A stretch of DNA of 64,000 nt. Source: Macrostomum lignano (Eukaryota). Numbering within the stretch: the first letter of the stretch is position 1; each line of letters opens with the position of its first letter. The notes beneath the pieces are model-generated. The model did no database searches and was not told the DNA's origin. It saw only the letters and a program-made list of their open reading frames with translations. A program made the translations under genes and the position numbers. Shown in pieces: positions 62,702 to 64,000 of this stretch. The DNA lies in the NCBI GenBank assembly GCA_002269645.1, contig NIVC01002755.1:1-64000 (forward strand). The letters run 5' to 3'.

Positions 62702-63867
62702 TTATATGAAACCACAATAAGCGCAAATATGTATAAATAAGAGTATATCATAGAACAAAGTTTTGCTTTCTACATTGCATTACTTGTAGCATACGTTCAA
62801 ATTCCAATTGAAATGTTTACTTTTTCTGGCCATCCCTTAAATTTTTATTCATCGAGTTTTCATGCAAGCCGCTGCGCAGATGTTTAGTTGGCCTTAGGAA
62901 TTTTACTCCTCGCGACCCCTGTTTATTCCCAACTCGATCGTTTGCATTCTTAATCCTGCCTGTTCTCCGAAGACTGTTTTACCATGTGCACTTTGCTCGT
63001 ATTATTGTAAGCAATAGGAAGTTTGCGCATTAAGGACACACGAAGTGGATTTCCCACTGCCCCCCCCCCCCCCAGGCTCAGTGGCATCTGTCTGCACGAT
63101 GTCGCCTACACCGAACAATTGCTGGACAATTCGAACTGCACACCTTGATTGCATGATTTCCAATGAACCAGCCACAGGTATTTAATAAATAGTCGAACTA
63201 TGAAAGCATTAGTGTGAAGTTGCCATTCATTGCACGAAATCTGCAGCCTGAGCAGATGAACAAATGATTTCTTTCAACAATTGTGTTTGTCATCGATATC
63301 AGCGGTAACAGGACGTTTACCATCAATAGTACTCAAAAAGTACTAATTATGCTTTAATAACAACTTAGCATTTATTGCAGATCAAATTTTAATGATAATT
63401 ACCGTAAAGCCAGAAGTGCGAATACTGAATGCACAGTGTTTTGTTCTGACAGTTCAGCGCTATGAACCGGGCGGGGTGACAAAATACAAGAGGTATTGCA
63501 GAAGTTTTCAGACTGTCTTTACTCAAGGCGACAGTAATGTCCAGACTCCAGATGAGCTGTAATTTTAGTCACAACTCCTCGCACACCTGCTCTGTTCGCA
63601 AAGCAGCTTTAAAGTGCATTCATCATTTTCCTTATCTTTAAAACTCAATAAGTTTTGCTCAGCACTTCGGCTGTTTCTGCAGTTGTACTATTCAACAGAC
63701 CAGATGTGCGAGGAGTTGTGGCTCACTGGACACTCCTGTCGTTCACAGTCCCAAAATTCATGTAGCACCTCTCGTATTGAATATAGGGTTACACACGGCA
63801 ACCGCTACAGCGGTTACTCAATAAAGAAATGCTGATAGCGGATCTGACAACACAGAGCAGCTCAAGT

Positions 63868-64000
63868 TCAGAACTTCTTGCCGCTGGACACGCTGGCAGA
63901 GCCGGACGCAGGCGAGTCCGATGCAACCATGGCGGCCTTGTTGGCTGACAGCTGGTCCTTGTGCTCGCTAGACTCCATGTGAGCCGACATCTCCGCCGGT
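63868..64000 (-). CDS. 3' end of an unidentified gene running in from the right edge
   Basis: Open GC-rich frame PAEMSAHMESSEHKDQLSANKAAMVASDSPASGSASVSSGKKF*. Confidence 0.5.
   Translation of the reverse strand, partial: PAEMSAHMESSEHKDQLSANKAAMVASDSPASGSASVSSGKKF

Overview
Eukaryotic (metazoan) genomic DNA with short GT-AG introns, many of them expanded by locally derived minisatellites. The style resembles the flatworm Macrostomum; this is inferred from composition and gene style and was not verified by a search. Bases 1-28,273 (minus strand) hold one giant multi-exon gene. It starts with a signal peptide and encodes roughly 3,000 aa within the window (rough exon sum) before running off the left edge. 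The protein is built from a ~9-domain supermodule (F5/8C discoidin, discoidin-like, C-type lectin, linker, kringle-like, F-type lectin, FAMeT-like, F5/8C, F-type lectin), present twice in full with a third copy begun. One intron contains a nested antisense secreted Cys-rich/lectin-like gene with frameshifts, plus a decayed Ty3/Gypsy element. Two tRNA-derived SINEs sit in other introns. A 6.6-kb 36-bp tandem array with an AP-1 consensus in almost every unit lies about 620 bp upstream of the start codon. The right half contains a patchwork of minisatellites, an orphan plus-strand gene, a multi-RRM gene, a DP (E2F dimerisation partner) gene with a divergent DEF box, an AT-rich CpG-poor island of decayed transposons including an intact hAT MITE, a CFAP410/C21orf2 orthologue, and the 3' end of another gene. 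A recurring feature is tandem arrays whose units contain or abut splice sites, including an intron made of eight GT...AG units. There is no CRISPR array, rRNA or functional tRNA.
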